Shown here: piece by piece, positions 1 to 15,360 of the stretch | How the letters are laid out: each line of letters begins with the position of its first letter | How positions within the stretch are numbered: position 1 is the stretch's first letter | Assembly (NCBI GenBank): GCA_002189035.1 | Contig: NEEC01000017.1 | Span: forward strand, 2,480,001-2,544,000 | Direction: 5' to 3' | DNA: 64,000 nucleotides | DNA from: Utricularia gibba | Lineage: Eukaryota; Plantae; Magnoliophyta | The notes under the pieces: model-generated | What the model saw: the letters and a program-made list of their open reading frames with translations, nothing else | What the model was told of the DNA's origin: nothing | The model's database searches: none | Position numbers and translations under genes: made by a program

Positions 1-26
1 CTGATCGTGTAATGAAAGCATCCCAG

Positions 27-941
27 GTGGAGAAATCAAACTGAAGCCCTTCAGTGGAATGGTTGGTGTTGATTTTGGACGAGGAATCGGGAGAAAAAGT
101 GTGTACCTGCTGTAAGTGCCGTCCAAGTTAACAATGAAAAACTAGGAATTCCCCTGCTGTATGGTCTGAACAGTGAGCCTGTCAGGAACTTGCCCGAGGT
201 TAGAAGCGTCCATGAGATTCTTAGAGTGCCGACAGTGAGTGCCCGCTTCGGAAGTGATCCCTTCTTCTGGAATTGGGGGATGCAAACCCTCCCATACCTG
301 CTCCCACCGGTATGTTAAAGTGTCTCCTGCTTGCATGTTTCACATCTGCGGTGCTTGATATCGCCCCCGCCCTCTAAGACCGCATGGGACATGCAGGATG
401 TCTTGAGAGATCGAAGTGTGGTAGAAAAACTGGTCCATCTCTTGAACCCTTTAGTCAGGGCTGTGGATGGAATCGCAGGAGAGAAGTTCTCCATGAGGGT
501 ATGCTCTGCGCCAACCATTTTATGCATCTGCTAAGTGTGACAGCGATCTCCATTTTATGGTCGAAAAGGTTGATCTGGGGAGCTCAGACGGTCACACAAG
601 AATCGGTATATTCAGCCACAATAGACTATCCGAGTAAGAAGCACTTACTGACTTGTGCCTAATGCCTGCAAGCATATCCAATATCCACTTCATTTTCCTT
701 GCGTTCAGATCAATGGGGATTGCAACAGCAGCATTTGGTTTGTCCATCCTGGAAGGACACACACAGCCCGGTGTCTGGTTCCCCGAAGAGGTAGAGCTGA
801 TCAACATCACTGTTTTTTCCGTTTCTTTTCCTTAGCCTCATTGTGTGACTGCAGCCGGAAGGCATCGCGGTGGACGCGAGAGAAGCTCTCCTGTCTCGTG
901 CCTCAACTGGGACCATCAACTTTGCCATGAACAACAAGTAG
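27..941 (+). CDS. Saccharopine dehydrogenase-family oxidoreductase (At1g50450-like), last 6 exons; 5' part lies outside the window
   Basis: Manual splicing at GT-AG sites gives GEIKLKPFSGMVGVDFGRGIGRKSVYLL|NLPEVRSVHEILRVPTVSARFGSDPFFWNWG..|DVLRDRSVVEKLVHLLNPLVRAVDGIAGEKFSMR|VDLGSSDG..|SMGIATAAF..QPGVWFPEE|PEGIAVDAREALLSRASTGTINFAMNNK*, matching the recalled plastid family sequence. Confidence 0.85.
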
Positions 942-2210
942 CTCGCTCCATCAGCTTGGATCACCACCGCATGCATCTTCTTATATTCATTCATTGGACG
1001 AGGATCATCTGTCAGGAAGCTGTTGGCCCTGTTTTCGATTTCAGTGTTCCTGGGGGACTCCTCCTGCAATAATCAATCAATCAATCAATCAAATCATTTG
1101 GTTAGTGATGAGGGCTCCATCCATCCATCCAATCAATTACCAAATTGATTATTTACTGTTAAACGTGGCTTAATTAAAATCGACAAGGAAGTGGACGTGG
1201 GCTGTGCCATCAACAACACCAGCTCTTAAATGTTGTTATTGCAATTGTTGGACTATTTCCAAGCACGTGTCATTCCATTTGAAAGAGAAAATAAAAGAAA
1301 GACAGGACTCTGGCCAACTGTATGGTAATAATAGATTCTAAGTAGAAGTTTAGGGGCAGGGCCCGGACCACTCTGGTTTACCAGAAGAAGGGAGTCGTGT
1401 GAAAGTAAAGGAGGAAGCACAAAGGGCCTACCCACGCCCAAGGTGTCAGCACCCATGTGACTGACTCACTAGGGCCACGCCAAGAAAAGGAGGGAGGGAG
1501 GGGAGGGCTCTTGGTGAAAACATGGATCTACATGCTGATTCAAAAGAAACAATTCACCTTGTGTCAGAGCCCCATGTGGAGAAATCGCAAGAAATTGTGT
1601 GTGGCCCCTCACTGGTAGGCAATAAAGAAGGCCATGAAATGGGAGAAAGGACGGACAGCCCCAAAGCAGACTTTAGTCAGTGCTGCGCTTTCGATTACTT
1701 CAATGAACCAAGAGTCTTTTATTGCAAAGTGTCTGCTTTGGCTCTGCCACCATGTGTTTAATCAACACTGATAATGTTCTATGATCATCAGGGGTGTCAC
1801 TGGCACCCCCCTTTTTCACGTAAGTACATTCTTCTGTTGTATTTAAGTTTGTCCTAACATAAACTACATACAGCAAGGCCGGTCGGAAAATGAACAGTGA
1901 GCCACCCCACTGCCTTGGATGATGTTGTCAGTAGTCTATTTCTGAAGTATTTCAAGTAGAATATGGAACTGGAGATGATAGGCTGGGATTTTCCTTTCCT
2001 TGAGGGACTTTTCTTTTCTTCTGTTGCTGCTGCTATGGTGTTTGGCTTCTATACAGCTTCTTCCGCGTATTTGTTACACAAAAACTTCTTAATTCTGCTA
2101 CGGAAAACGAAAGAAAAAGATTCAGACTCATGAACCAGGCAAAAGACATAGTTTACTTTCAACTGAGCTTACCGAATTATGTTAAATCCGGTGGACATCG
2201 GCTCTAGAAC

Positions 2211-4924
2211 CTACATTTCAATGGCTTCTCGCCGGGAGACATTAAAGTAAGTGAAAGGTAGCAGCTTTAACAAGGGTGACAAGCAGGGCAACAAGTAAGT
2301 GTACCTTGGCATCTGAACGTAGCATGAGTTTAGAGAAGCCATGGCGAGGGGAGAACTGCTAGGTAGCATAAGAGGATTGTTGTCAGAAGTAGTTACAGGT
2401 ATGAGATCATCAGCTGAAGATTGTGTGAAAATGGTTGGTCGATTTTCAGCTGCCGACTTGGTCGGAGAAGCAAACAGGCTGTCGGGAGGATGTGTTCAAA
2501 GCTGCTCGCACAAAAAAGAGCATGCATTTACATCCATACCATGAGAATAAAAACACGTTCAGAGTTGCATACCTTTCAGGGAGATAGGAGTCATCACAGT
2601 TTGCATGTAGTTGGTTAAAACCACTGACAAACTTCTTAGCAGGAGATCCAGTTGCTTGTAGCTCTAAATTCTGATCGTCAGGAACATTCTGAGTTTTAGC
2701 ATCTTCCTTAAGGCCATCAATCTCTGAAATTATCAATACGGAGTAGGTCAGTCAGAATGTCCAGCATACCAACCGCAGAAAAATGAAAGAGTTCAATGTG
2801 CTGAACCTCCAGATGCTTTTTGATTGGTAACATCAGACGCAGAGTTAAGTTTTGAGAATTGGGAGTCCCTGGGAGAGGAAACTGCAGCTCCTGAACGCAT
2901 GCTCAGCAGAGATGGGTGGATATGCTGCTGCTGACTTTTAAGGTTCATCAGTTGTAAATTCATCATCCTCCGGCCTTGAAGTTCGATGACGTGCTGTAAT
3001 TCAGCTTCTTGCTCCAGTTTTCTTCTTAGCACCATCTCTTGTGAGCTGAACAAAAGTCTAGGACCTTCCAAAACACAAAAGAAGAAAGCTCATTAAAGCA
3101 GACTATACACAGACATATAAGCTAATAAAGATATCAAATCTCGTGTTGTTTCTGTATACCAAAGCCAAGATCGATCTCCCTGGAATCATAACCAGGACTT
3201 AAACAGGAGGGGTGATCCCCCCTCTCTAATTGATTCTGCAGTTGTTGTTTCCTGAAACCGCTGCAAAACCATGAAAGAGGAGTGAGTACAGGAATACGAG
3301 TTTCCAAATGAGCATGTATTGCTTACTTCTCCTGGATTTTTCCCTTCTCCTTGTAAGGCTTAACCAGCACACGGGAGTCGCATACAAAATGTGGGTTACC
3401 CTTCGCTAAAATGTGTTTCACCGTCTCCGGGTAGTGAAAAGTCACAAATCCAAACATCCGCTTCTGCTGGTATGGAATCCTGACATCTTGAACAGGTCCA
3501 AATGTGCTACAAACGAGACAATCAGAAGAGTCATCAGTTAAAAACACTTTTTCAGGCAAAGTGCAGAGGTGAAATCTGAGTTACAATTTCCACCTAAAAT
3601 AGTTGGAGACATCTTCTTCCTTGAATGTGCTGTCAGCTGGAAATGTGAGGTAAATTTGTCTGGAGCTTGAATTCCCACCACCAACCAATCCCATCGATGA
3701 AAAATCGGGCCTTTGAAAGCTATACTTTCGAAATTCATCAACAGGTGATCTAGCAGAAAAGCGGAATGTGGGTGAGATACAGAGAATCTACAAGTATCCT
3801 GGAAAAAAAAACCCTTTGGTAATTGCCAAGGGCTGCAGCAGGAGCAAGATCTAATAAGGAAATAGAAGAGCGGCAAGATGGTCATAACAGATGATGAACT
3901 TCAAACAAACAAGACAAAAAAAGATGCTTCAAACCTTTATAATTTCAGGAAAAAGTTTGGAACTTTAAGAACAGACGAGGAAGGAAACCGAAGCAAGGCA
4001 TTAATGAAAAACAAGCCAAAATGTAACATACCTCGGGTTCTCATTCAGGAAATCCATGCACCTGTTGTAAGGGAAGGCGTGATGAGCCATGAGAGCAAGT
4101 CTCTGTTGCTGAAAAGCTTTCATTCTCAACACCTCATCCAACACAGTTGAGTTCTTACCCGGTGACCCCACATCAAACGCGTCGCCGCTTCCAATTTCAC
4201 CGTGGAGGAACTTGCAAGAAGTGCCATTTTTGCAATGTCCTCTAGCAAAATACATGCAAGGTCTCCAACCAAATCCACCACCAGCTCCTTCCTCCAGATT
4301 CGAGAGAAATGCAGCGTCGTTGACTGAGCAACTTCTTCTGTGAAATGGGTGCGCGTTTGAGGAAGAAATGGTGTTCATTTCCTCCCCAAAATGGAAACCC
4401 AGAGATTCACTCCCGCCACTTGGGCTGATTATCGGATCTATCGGATAATCATCCAGAAAGGGCAACTGATCTTGCTCCCCGAGATCAGTTCCACTGTAAA
4501 AATGCAAACTTGGAGAACAAGAGCTAGTATTCTCTGCAGCAGAAGCACAGCCATTCAAGGCGGCAGCATAGGAAAAAGGTCTCGGACTGCTTCTCTGAAA
4601 AGCAGAAGCAGGGGAAGGTGGGTTGCTCAAATGAAGCCCATTGTTGGGTATGAGCAACCTGGGAGGAAAAGGGTTTGTGGGTCTGATGGGATTCGAGACA
4701 GGAGTTGAAGGATTGGAAGGAGGACTGTTAGAACCCAGCCCCAAGCACGCCTTAGCTTGATTGATGTAATAAATCAAAAGATTTTCAGGGCCAAAAGCCA
4801 ATCTTATCATCTCCTTCTCCCCTTGGTCCTGTATCAGAATATAACCCATGATTTTGGAAGCGTTTTCAGGATCCAGACTTTGGATCCTCGACATAACGAC
4901 TCTGGTAGCTTCATACGCATCCAT
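2211..4924 (-). CDS. CCCH zinc-finger + RRM RNA-binding protein (At3g51950/At5g12440-like), multi-exon
   Basis: Starts [28 protein letters not shown]. Has a C-x8-C-x5-C-x3-H finger ([19 protein letters not shown]) and an RRM ([45 protein letters not shown]). Ends EAIEM*. Confidence 0.92.
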
Positions 4925-6174
4925 GGGGATGTGAGAAGTTGAGAAAGCAGTGTTAAATAGGTCCCTTCTTCCTCCGCTGGTGTTTGAGCTGCCGAGGATC
5001 AATCGCTACTACTAGTTGGTCTCGCAGTCTGACAAACAACAGTGGGTAGCCTCTCCTTCGACCACACACACACATACACACACCACACACCCACGAGGGG
5101 CTCAGAAAGCAAACAGGTTAAGAAAGAGTAGGGTTTTTAAAGCGGTGTGAGAAAGATAGCAGCAGGAGGAGCAGCAGCAGAGAGAGAGATGAAAAGATTC
5201 GGGACAATTAATTAAACCATAATAAATATTAGGGAAGAGGAAGAAGATGGTAAGCTGGAGCACTTGTATTCCAAGTAGCAATCATTGCACTCCAAATCCA
5301 AGATCCAATCCCCATGCATCAGAACACTTTTTTCCTCTGAGCTATCTCCCTCCCCCCTCTCTAACCGCCACACCAACTCATCATCCGCCATGCTCTAACA
5401 CAACCCAAACCTCAGATTCTCATTAAAAAAAAAAAGAAACAAAAACCTCAGAAGTTGTAGTTGTAAAATTGTTTCTTCTGCTAATTAATTCCTCTTTTCT
5501 GGGGCAAACCTACCTAAATAAGAAACAAGGGTTTGGGGAGCCAAGTATTTGATAATAATATGATATGGGGATTATGACAACTGAGGACTTAATAATTAAA
5601 AAGAAAAAAAAACATTTATCGGGAATGAAAGAAGGAAAGAAATGATTAAGCAATGAGTAATGATGCTCAAATCGGAATTAATTAATGCTAAACTATAACA
5701 ACAATTAATCAGTTGAAGAGGTCCAAATGTTCTCAGACAACCCTATGAAATGGGGTCCACTCCCTTTAATGCAGCCGGGTCGGGTCCCACGAGTAAGTAT
5801 CTGTCCATATCTCTTCCACCCCCAACCCCGCCCCCTATATATAAATAAATGAATAAACATCATATTGGCTTAATTAAAGAAAAAAAGCCCTTTTCAAAAG
5901 CGCACCAGTTCTCTTCTGGTTTTCCTCTTTTCAAAACCCCAAGATCAAGTTGATTTAATTTCTGAAAGAATATTAAAATGTTGTGCGCATGCAGACAAAC
6001 GGGAGATTGAGAATCTACGAGGCGTGGCGGGGGGCCCCACGTGTTGTCTGATTAATCTTTCTTCTTGAACGCCAACTTGGAGTTGGAAAAAATGGTGACA
6101 TGACACCACCTCATCTCGCCTCGGCACGCACACAGAAGAGGGAATCTCATCGCTTTCATTAATTATTTTACAGC

Positions 6175-6236
6175 GCTGCTGCTGCTGCTGCTGCTGCTGT
6201 TGCAGCGGCATCTCTCTCTCTCTCTCTCTCTCTCTC
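6175..6236. repeat. Compound microsatellite (GCT)n + (TC)n
   Basis: Directly visible; explains the poly-Q and poly-A ORFs in the ORF track. Confidence 0.95.
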
Positions 6237-6316
6237 CTTTGTATTTATGATGATATAAAGAAGGAATGGCCCTCCAGTAATCAAGAGTTGCCAACATACC
6301 TCATGGGGTTTGTTTT

Positions 6317-10154
<3,838 letters not shown>

Positions 10155-10534
10155 TTACTGGGCTTATCATCCAGACATGGATTCAAGTTATGCTCCTATT
10201 TCCTAGCACATCTCGTTTGCTACCTTTCGAATTAGACAGCGCTAATTAATTTTAAGGAAAACGTATAAAAAACCTTAACTCATTCGAGAATAAAGAAAAA
10301 GACAGCATTGTCTCTTTGAGATGATTTAAAGCTTTTTCAATAAACAAAGAGATTATGAAAGTAGCTAAGTTGATACATATCGAGTGAATATGTTTACCCC
10401 GGAATATCTCTTACCAAAATGCATTTAACAAAAGTTTGCTATGTGACATTTGTGTCCTAACGCAGGAGGCCACTATAAATTGTAATGCAGAGCTTCGGAT
10501 GTTGTGGAATCCTGCACCAACCAGAGCGCGGGAG

Positions 10535-10993
10535 ATGGACTCCAAGGTTGCTCTGCTCCTGTCCTTTGTCTTGGTAACTTCCCTTGTTTTGCCCGAGGTG
10601 GTAAGAAGCCAGACTCTGTCATGTGTGTCTTGGTTGCTGGATGCCATCATTTGCTGAACATTTCTCATGTGTACACCAGGCTCATGGCGATGGCAGCGGA
10701 GAGGGAAGTCTGCGCCCCGAAGGTACATGTTTTCAGGGTGCTTTACAACGGTTCGGCTTGCCAGAGTGTTTTCATAGATAAAGATAACTTCAAAACTGGT
10801 GATGTATACAGATTGCGAACCAAGATGCAGCTACAGATGCTCGGCAACTTCCCATAGGAAGCCATGCATGTTCTTCTGCCAGGAATGCTGTGCCAAGTGT
10901 TTGTGTGTTCCTCCAGGGACCTATGGTAATAAGGAAGTTTGTCCCTGTTACAACAACTGGAAGACCAAGGAGGGCAATCCCAAGTGTCCTTGA
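10535..10993 (+). CDS. GASA: GASA/Snakin gibberellin-regulated Cys-rich peptide, 3 exons
   Basis: Signal peptide MDSKVALLLSFVLVTSLVLPE and a 12-Cys domain DCEPRCSYRCSATSHRKPCMFFCQECCAKCLCVPPGTYGNKEVCPCYNNWKTKEGNPKCP*. TATAAA lies upstream at ~10454. Confidence 0.96.
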
Positions 10994-11426
10994 GACGAAA
11001 CCTTTGCTCTGTTCTAGTAGAAAGCTTGCCAGAATAAGCTTGTCGCTCCAATAAAATCCCTTTTTTATCTCAACAGAATGCTTCATCCCTCAACTGACAT
11101 CTACATTCTAATCCGAAGCACAGATTAAGACAACCAACATTGAATTTGTTTCATCACAGGCATGATGATTATTAGTTTCCGGCAACTCGAGATTGAAATC
11201 GATATTTGGTAGTCTCCAACAGCTCGGTTCCGATATAAAGATCGAGTGGAGGATGAGTTGGATGCGTGTCAGGAGATGTAGCTAACTTTGAAACATTCAG
11301 CTACATGTATGGACAAACTGAACATTGAAACTGGGTAGAAGAATCATATATTGCTAGCGCATTCTACAAAATAAAAGCAGTGCATTCTTCCAGAAGAACA
11401 TAAAAAGGAAGGTGAGAACGATGCAG

Positions 11427-12739
11427 TCATCTCCTACTGCTGCTCCATGCGGCTATGGAGAACAGTGGACGATCGTACCAGTAAATCGAGGCACAACCAT
11501 TCTCTACCTTGATCTTGTATCCATCACAGTTAAAGCTCTGGAGCACTCTGTTAGCTTGCACCAACGAATAATAGCTAAGTGGACTTTTAGTAAAACCAGC
11601 TAACTCAAATCTTTGGTTCCACTTTTCGAGCTTCTCGTGCCTTTGTTTCCGGTCAGTCCCCTCGCAAGCGATGATGTTCTTGATCTCCTCGCTTAGCATC
11701 ATCTTCTCTATCTTCGATCGCTCAAGAGATGATCTTGGGAGAGTTGATTCCAAACAATCAAACAGCGCAGCATAGAAATATAAAGACTCAGATAGCCTCT
11801 CCATCAAACCTTTGCTGTTGTGATTGGAGTCTTGCTCAGTTACCACCATCACTTTGGGAGAAAGAGCCCACAAATCAGAAAGAAAGGCATCGATCCTCTG
11901 CTGAGAGCGAAATGAATTCACTGTACCCTTCTCAACCGATTCACCTGTTGAGTTTGGGTTTGTGGACACTAGATGCCTGCTTTTTGGACTGTTACCAGAA
12001 GCTAAAAGTTCATGAAGCTGCATGACTGAGCTAATTGCCACAGCTTCCCCTGTCTTAACTCGCAGCTTTTCGATATCAAGATTCTCCAACTTGCTTACAA
12101 TGGGGGTGAACTGCAAAGGACATCCAACTTTTCTGCCTCCTCCGTCAAAACACGTGCTGTCTGATCCAAAACCTCCTTCTGCTGATGAATCCCGGTAATC
12201 CTCAAATGTGGAGGCCCTTGAGGCTGTGCACTCAGCCAATGGAGAAGGGTACACCACTGCATCGGCTCGACTGCATTTAAGTCGATGATATGAACAATCT
12301 TCTCCCCTTCCATGGCTTCAACAATAGCTTGGTTAGTGATCACGAAGGACACCTTCATGAAAGGCAAGAACTCGGAAAACATTTTCCGGACAAGCATTTC
12401 TTCAGCAGCAACAGGGATTTTTGTCAGAGAAAAAGCCTTATAAACACCAGGCCACATTCGGAGGATCCTATCAGCAAGAGCCTCGGAGAAATACGAAGCT
12501 ATTCGTTGCATTGTATCGCCTTCGGCCGAAGCAAGATACGAGATTTGATCAAGGGCCAAGTTAGCATTTTCAAAGTTGCCTGATGCCACATGACTCGCAC
12601 AAGTAACTAACAAATGGATCAGATACAAGCCCCTCTCTTCGGGCTTTAAATCTTTAAGCCACGGATATGAAAAGGACAGGGGAAACATTTGAATAGGCGA
12701 TGAACTAACAGAAGACGACGAAGTTTCTTCTTGAAACAT
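11427..12739 (-). CDS. SCL3: GRAS transcription factor SCARECROW-LIKE 3; single exon split by a -1 frameshift at 12118-12119
   Basis: Two overlapping ORFs give LHR I, VHIIDL, GPPHLRITG, PFYRE-like and SAW (IAAW) motifs. Adding one C gives a 437-aa ORF. Confidence 0.92.
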
Positions 12740-13649
12740 AAGCCCTTATTTTGAACCTGGAAAAGACACACGTAGCAGCAAGGATGATCAAATCATGAAG
12801 CCCAGAAATCGAAATCAAACACAGAAACTTACCACGCAGGCAACACCTTGGAAATCCCTTTGAGGGTTCTTCAATTCGGACACAACCCACAAAGGAAAAG
12901 CCCCTAAAAGTAAATCTTGCGTGAAGCACGCGAATCTTGTCACAACTAGAAAGCAGCCAAGCAGGTAGAAAAAAGTAGGTTGAAAACGATCATACTTGAA
13001 AAGTAGAGGATAAGACAGAACGTACAACTCCAAGGCAGAGATGGGGGTACGTGATGTGAGTAATGGGTATTACCGGACAGCCACCGTCGTGGACTTGATG
13101 ACGTTGAAGCATTTGTCGTGATCGTTTTGGTTTGTCCTTTTGCCTGTTAAAGGAATATGGAAGAATGCGAGTAGAGGGTCCCGACCCCCCTTTTTGCGCT
13201 TTTTGTCTTCTATTTGGTGGTTCCAAACATTTGTTTTCATTCTTCGTCGTCGACAACAGTCTCTTGTCATCATCAATAAGCCCGACGCCTCTCTTCGGAT
13301 TGCGTTTTCTCTCCGCCCTCATCTTCTAATGAAAAAACCCTGCACTGTTAGACAACAAAGAATCCTTTGAGAGATTGCCTGCGAGGAAACATTTCAACAA
13401 TTTCTGGTTGAGATGACTGAGGTTTTTGATACCATCAATGACGCTGCGCCTGCAACTCCTTTGTCTTGTCTGCGATGCGCCTTTCAAATTTAATGTAAAA
13501 TAGTAAAACGGAATGCGGACCCCACGCTTTCAGTCTGGGTCAAAAAAACGGGTAAACGGGCCGCAATTAAATTGATGCCGATGAAAATGGGTCTTCGCTT
13601 CTTGGTACAACGCGGCTTTAGGTTTTGAATCAGAAATCGCTTGCTGAGA

Positions 13650-15010
13650 ATGGAAATCGGGAAGTTCTTCGAATCAGTCGGCAGTTTTTTCTCCGGTGGG
13701 GATCAAATTCCTTGGTGCAACTCCGACGTCGTTGCTGTAGGTTTTTTTTTTCTTTTTTTTTGGTATTCTTGTGTTGTGTACGTGTGAATGCTTAGGCCGA
13801 GTTCGGGTATTCCAAATCACAAAATGGAATCATGAAATATAGGTCTCAAAGCAGTTTAAATTAGATCCATCCTCTGGACATGGAGTTGCGATCGAATTTG
13901 TTCATGGAAACACGTTTTTCGCTGACTTTTCGTCGTGTTTTTTTGCTTTCCTTTTCGCCATGATGGCGCATACATACAGGGATGTGAGCGCGAGATGCTT
14001 GAAGCTGAGAAGGGATCATCTGAGAAAGTAAAGAGTGAATGCATCATGCGCTTGTCTTGGGCCCTTGTCCATTCAAGGCGACCTTATGATGTGCAACGTG
14101 GAATTGCTATGCTTGAAGGTGATATTGGAATGATCCCTTCTCCTCTCTTTGCGGCTATGATCGAGCTTAAAATTAGGCCTTTTCATAGGGTACTCCCATT
14201 TTAAAGAAACAAAGTAACATGGTTTGTAAGGAGGGGACATGATTTGTGAGAAGTCTTTTAGTCATGGCATTTATTGGTCTGAAACATGATCTCGACCCCT
14301 CCTTGTAAACCATTATTGTTTTCGTTGTCTTTGCTCAGTAATAGTCATTTATTTCTTTTGCGATAAATGTTGTGATGTATAATGCGTTTCACTCTATCAT
14401 TTTCAAATCTGATTGTGATGCTTGCTTCTGTGAAACTTCAAAACCTTGCACATGCTCTTTCATCTATTTTACTTTTCTGTTTGTGTGTTGGTGCTGCTGA
14501 CTTAAAAAAAACGCTTCTTGAAGCTTCTGTGTCAGGTTCCAGTGACTCTGTACAGACCAGGGAGAAGCTTTACCTTCAGGCAGTTGGATACTACAGAAGT
14601 GGTGACTATCAGCGCAGCAGGCAGCTTATTGAGCGTTGCTTGAAGGTTCGAATATTCAAGTTTCTCGATAGACCCCATATTTAATGAATTGGAAACCTGT
14701 CTTGCTGTTGAAAATATGTAACCGTATAAGCTGATGCTGATGCTGCTGTTGCAATATCTGGTTGATTTCAGATGGCGCCTGATTGGAGGCAGGCTTTGAC
14801 TCTAAAGAAGGCGCTGGAAGATAAAATCACAAAAGGTAAGTGCTATTTGCGTGTGCATCTGTGTTTCCCTCAACTGTTCGATTGATTCAGCATCGAGTTG
14901 CGGTTGTCGTTGTTCCTCCAGATGGAGTGATTGGTATTGGAATCGCGGCAACGGCTGTTGGACTTGTAGCTGGCGGCATTGCAGCAGCTCTCTCAGGGCG
15001 CAGGAGGTGA
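13650..15010 (+). CDS. FIS1: Mitochondrial/peroxisomal fission protein FIS1, 5 exons
   Basis: MEIGKFFESVGSFFSGGDQIPWC..|GCEREM..IMRLSWALVHSRRPYDVQRGIAMLE|..REKLYLQAVGYYRSGDY..|MAPDWRQALTLKK..|DGVIGIGIAATAVGLVAGGIAAALSGRRR* (tail anchor). Confidence 0.96.
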
Positions 15011-15360
15011 AGTGAAGCCTCTCTAGTTTGGCGTCTGTGAACTTGTCTCCTTATACTTGTGCATTTATTTATAAATGTCGCGTACTTGGTATTACCTATA
15101 AAATATTCCCATAGTATCGACATGTTGATATCATTCACGTAGGGCCGTTTTATTTAAACCGTATCGGCCCGTGTAGTAAAGACTAGGCGCCCATTATGTT
15201 CTTAGTCCGGCCCAATAAAGATCATTACTATTCCTGAACGGTAAGGGCGGGCTCGGCCTACTATGACTTGCTTGCCATTTGGCGAAGCATCTGTTGCACG
15301 GGCGTTCGCGTTTCCCGCCTCGAACTGCCTTTCTCCCAGGACAAGCAAGAAATTGAAGGA

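Noticed and set aside
5830-6300. Plus-strand TATA with TCP sites and a G-box, suggesting a pri-miRNA or small gene
   Set aside because: No miRNA-like hairpin or credible ORF; it is more simply upstream regulatory DNA of the CCCH gene and the MetRS 3'UTR.
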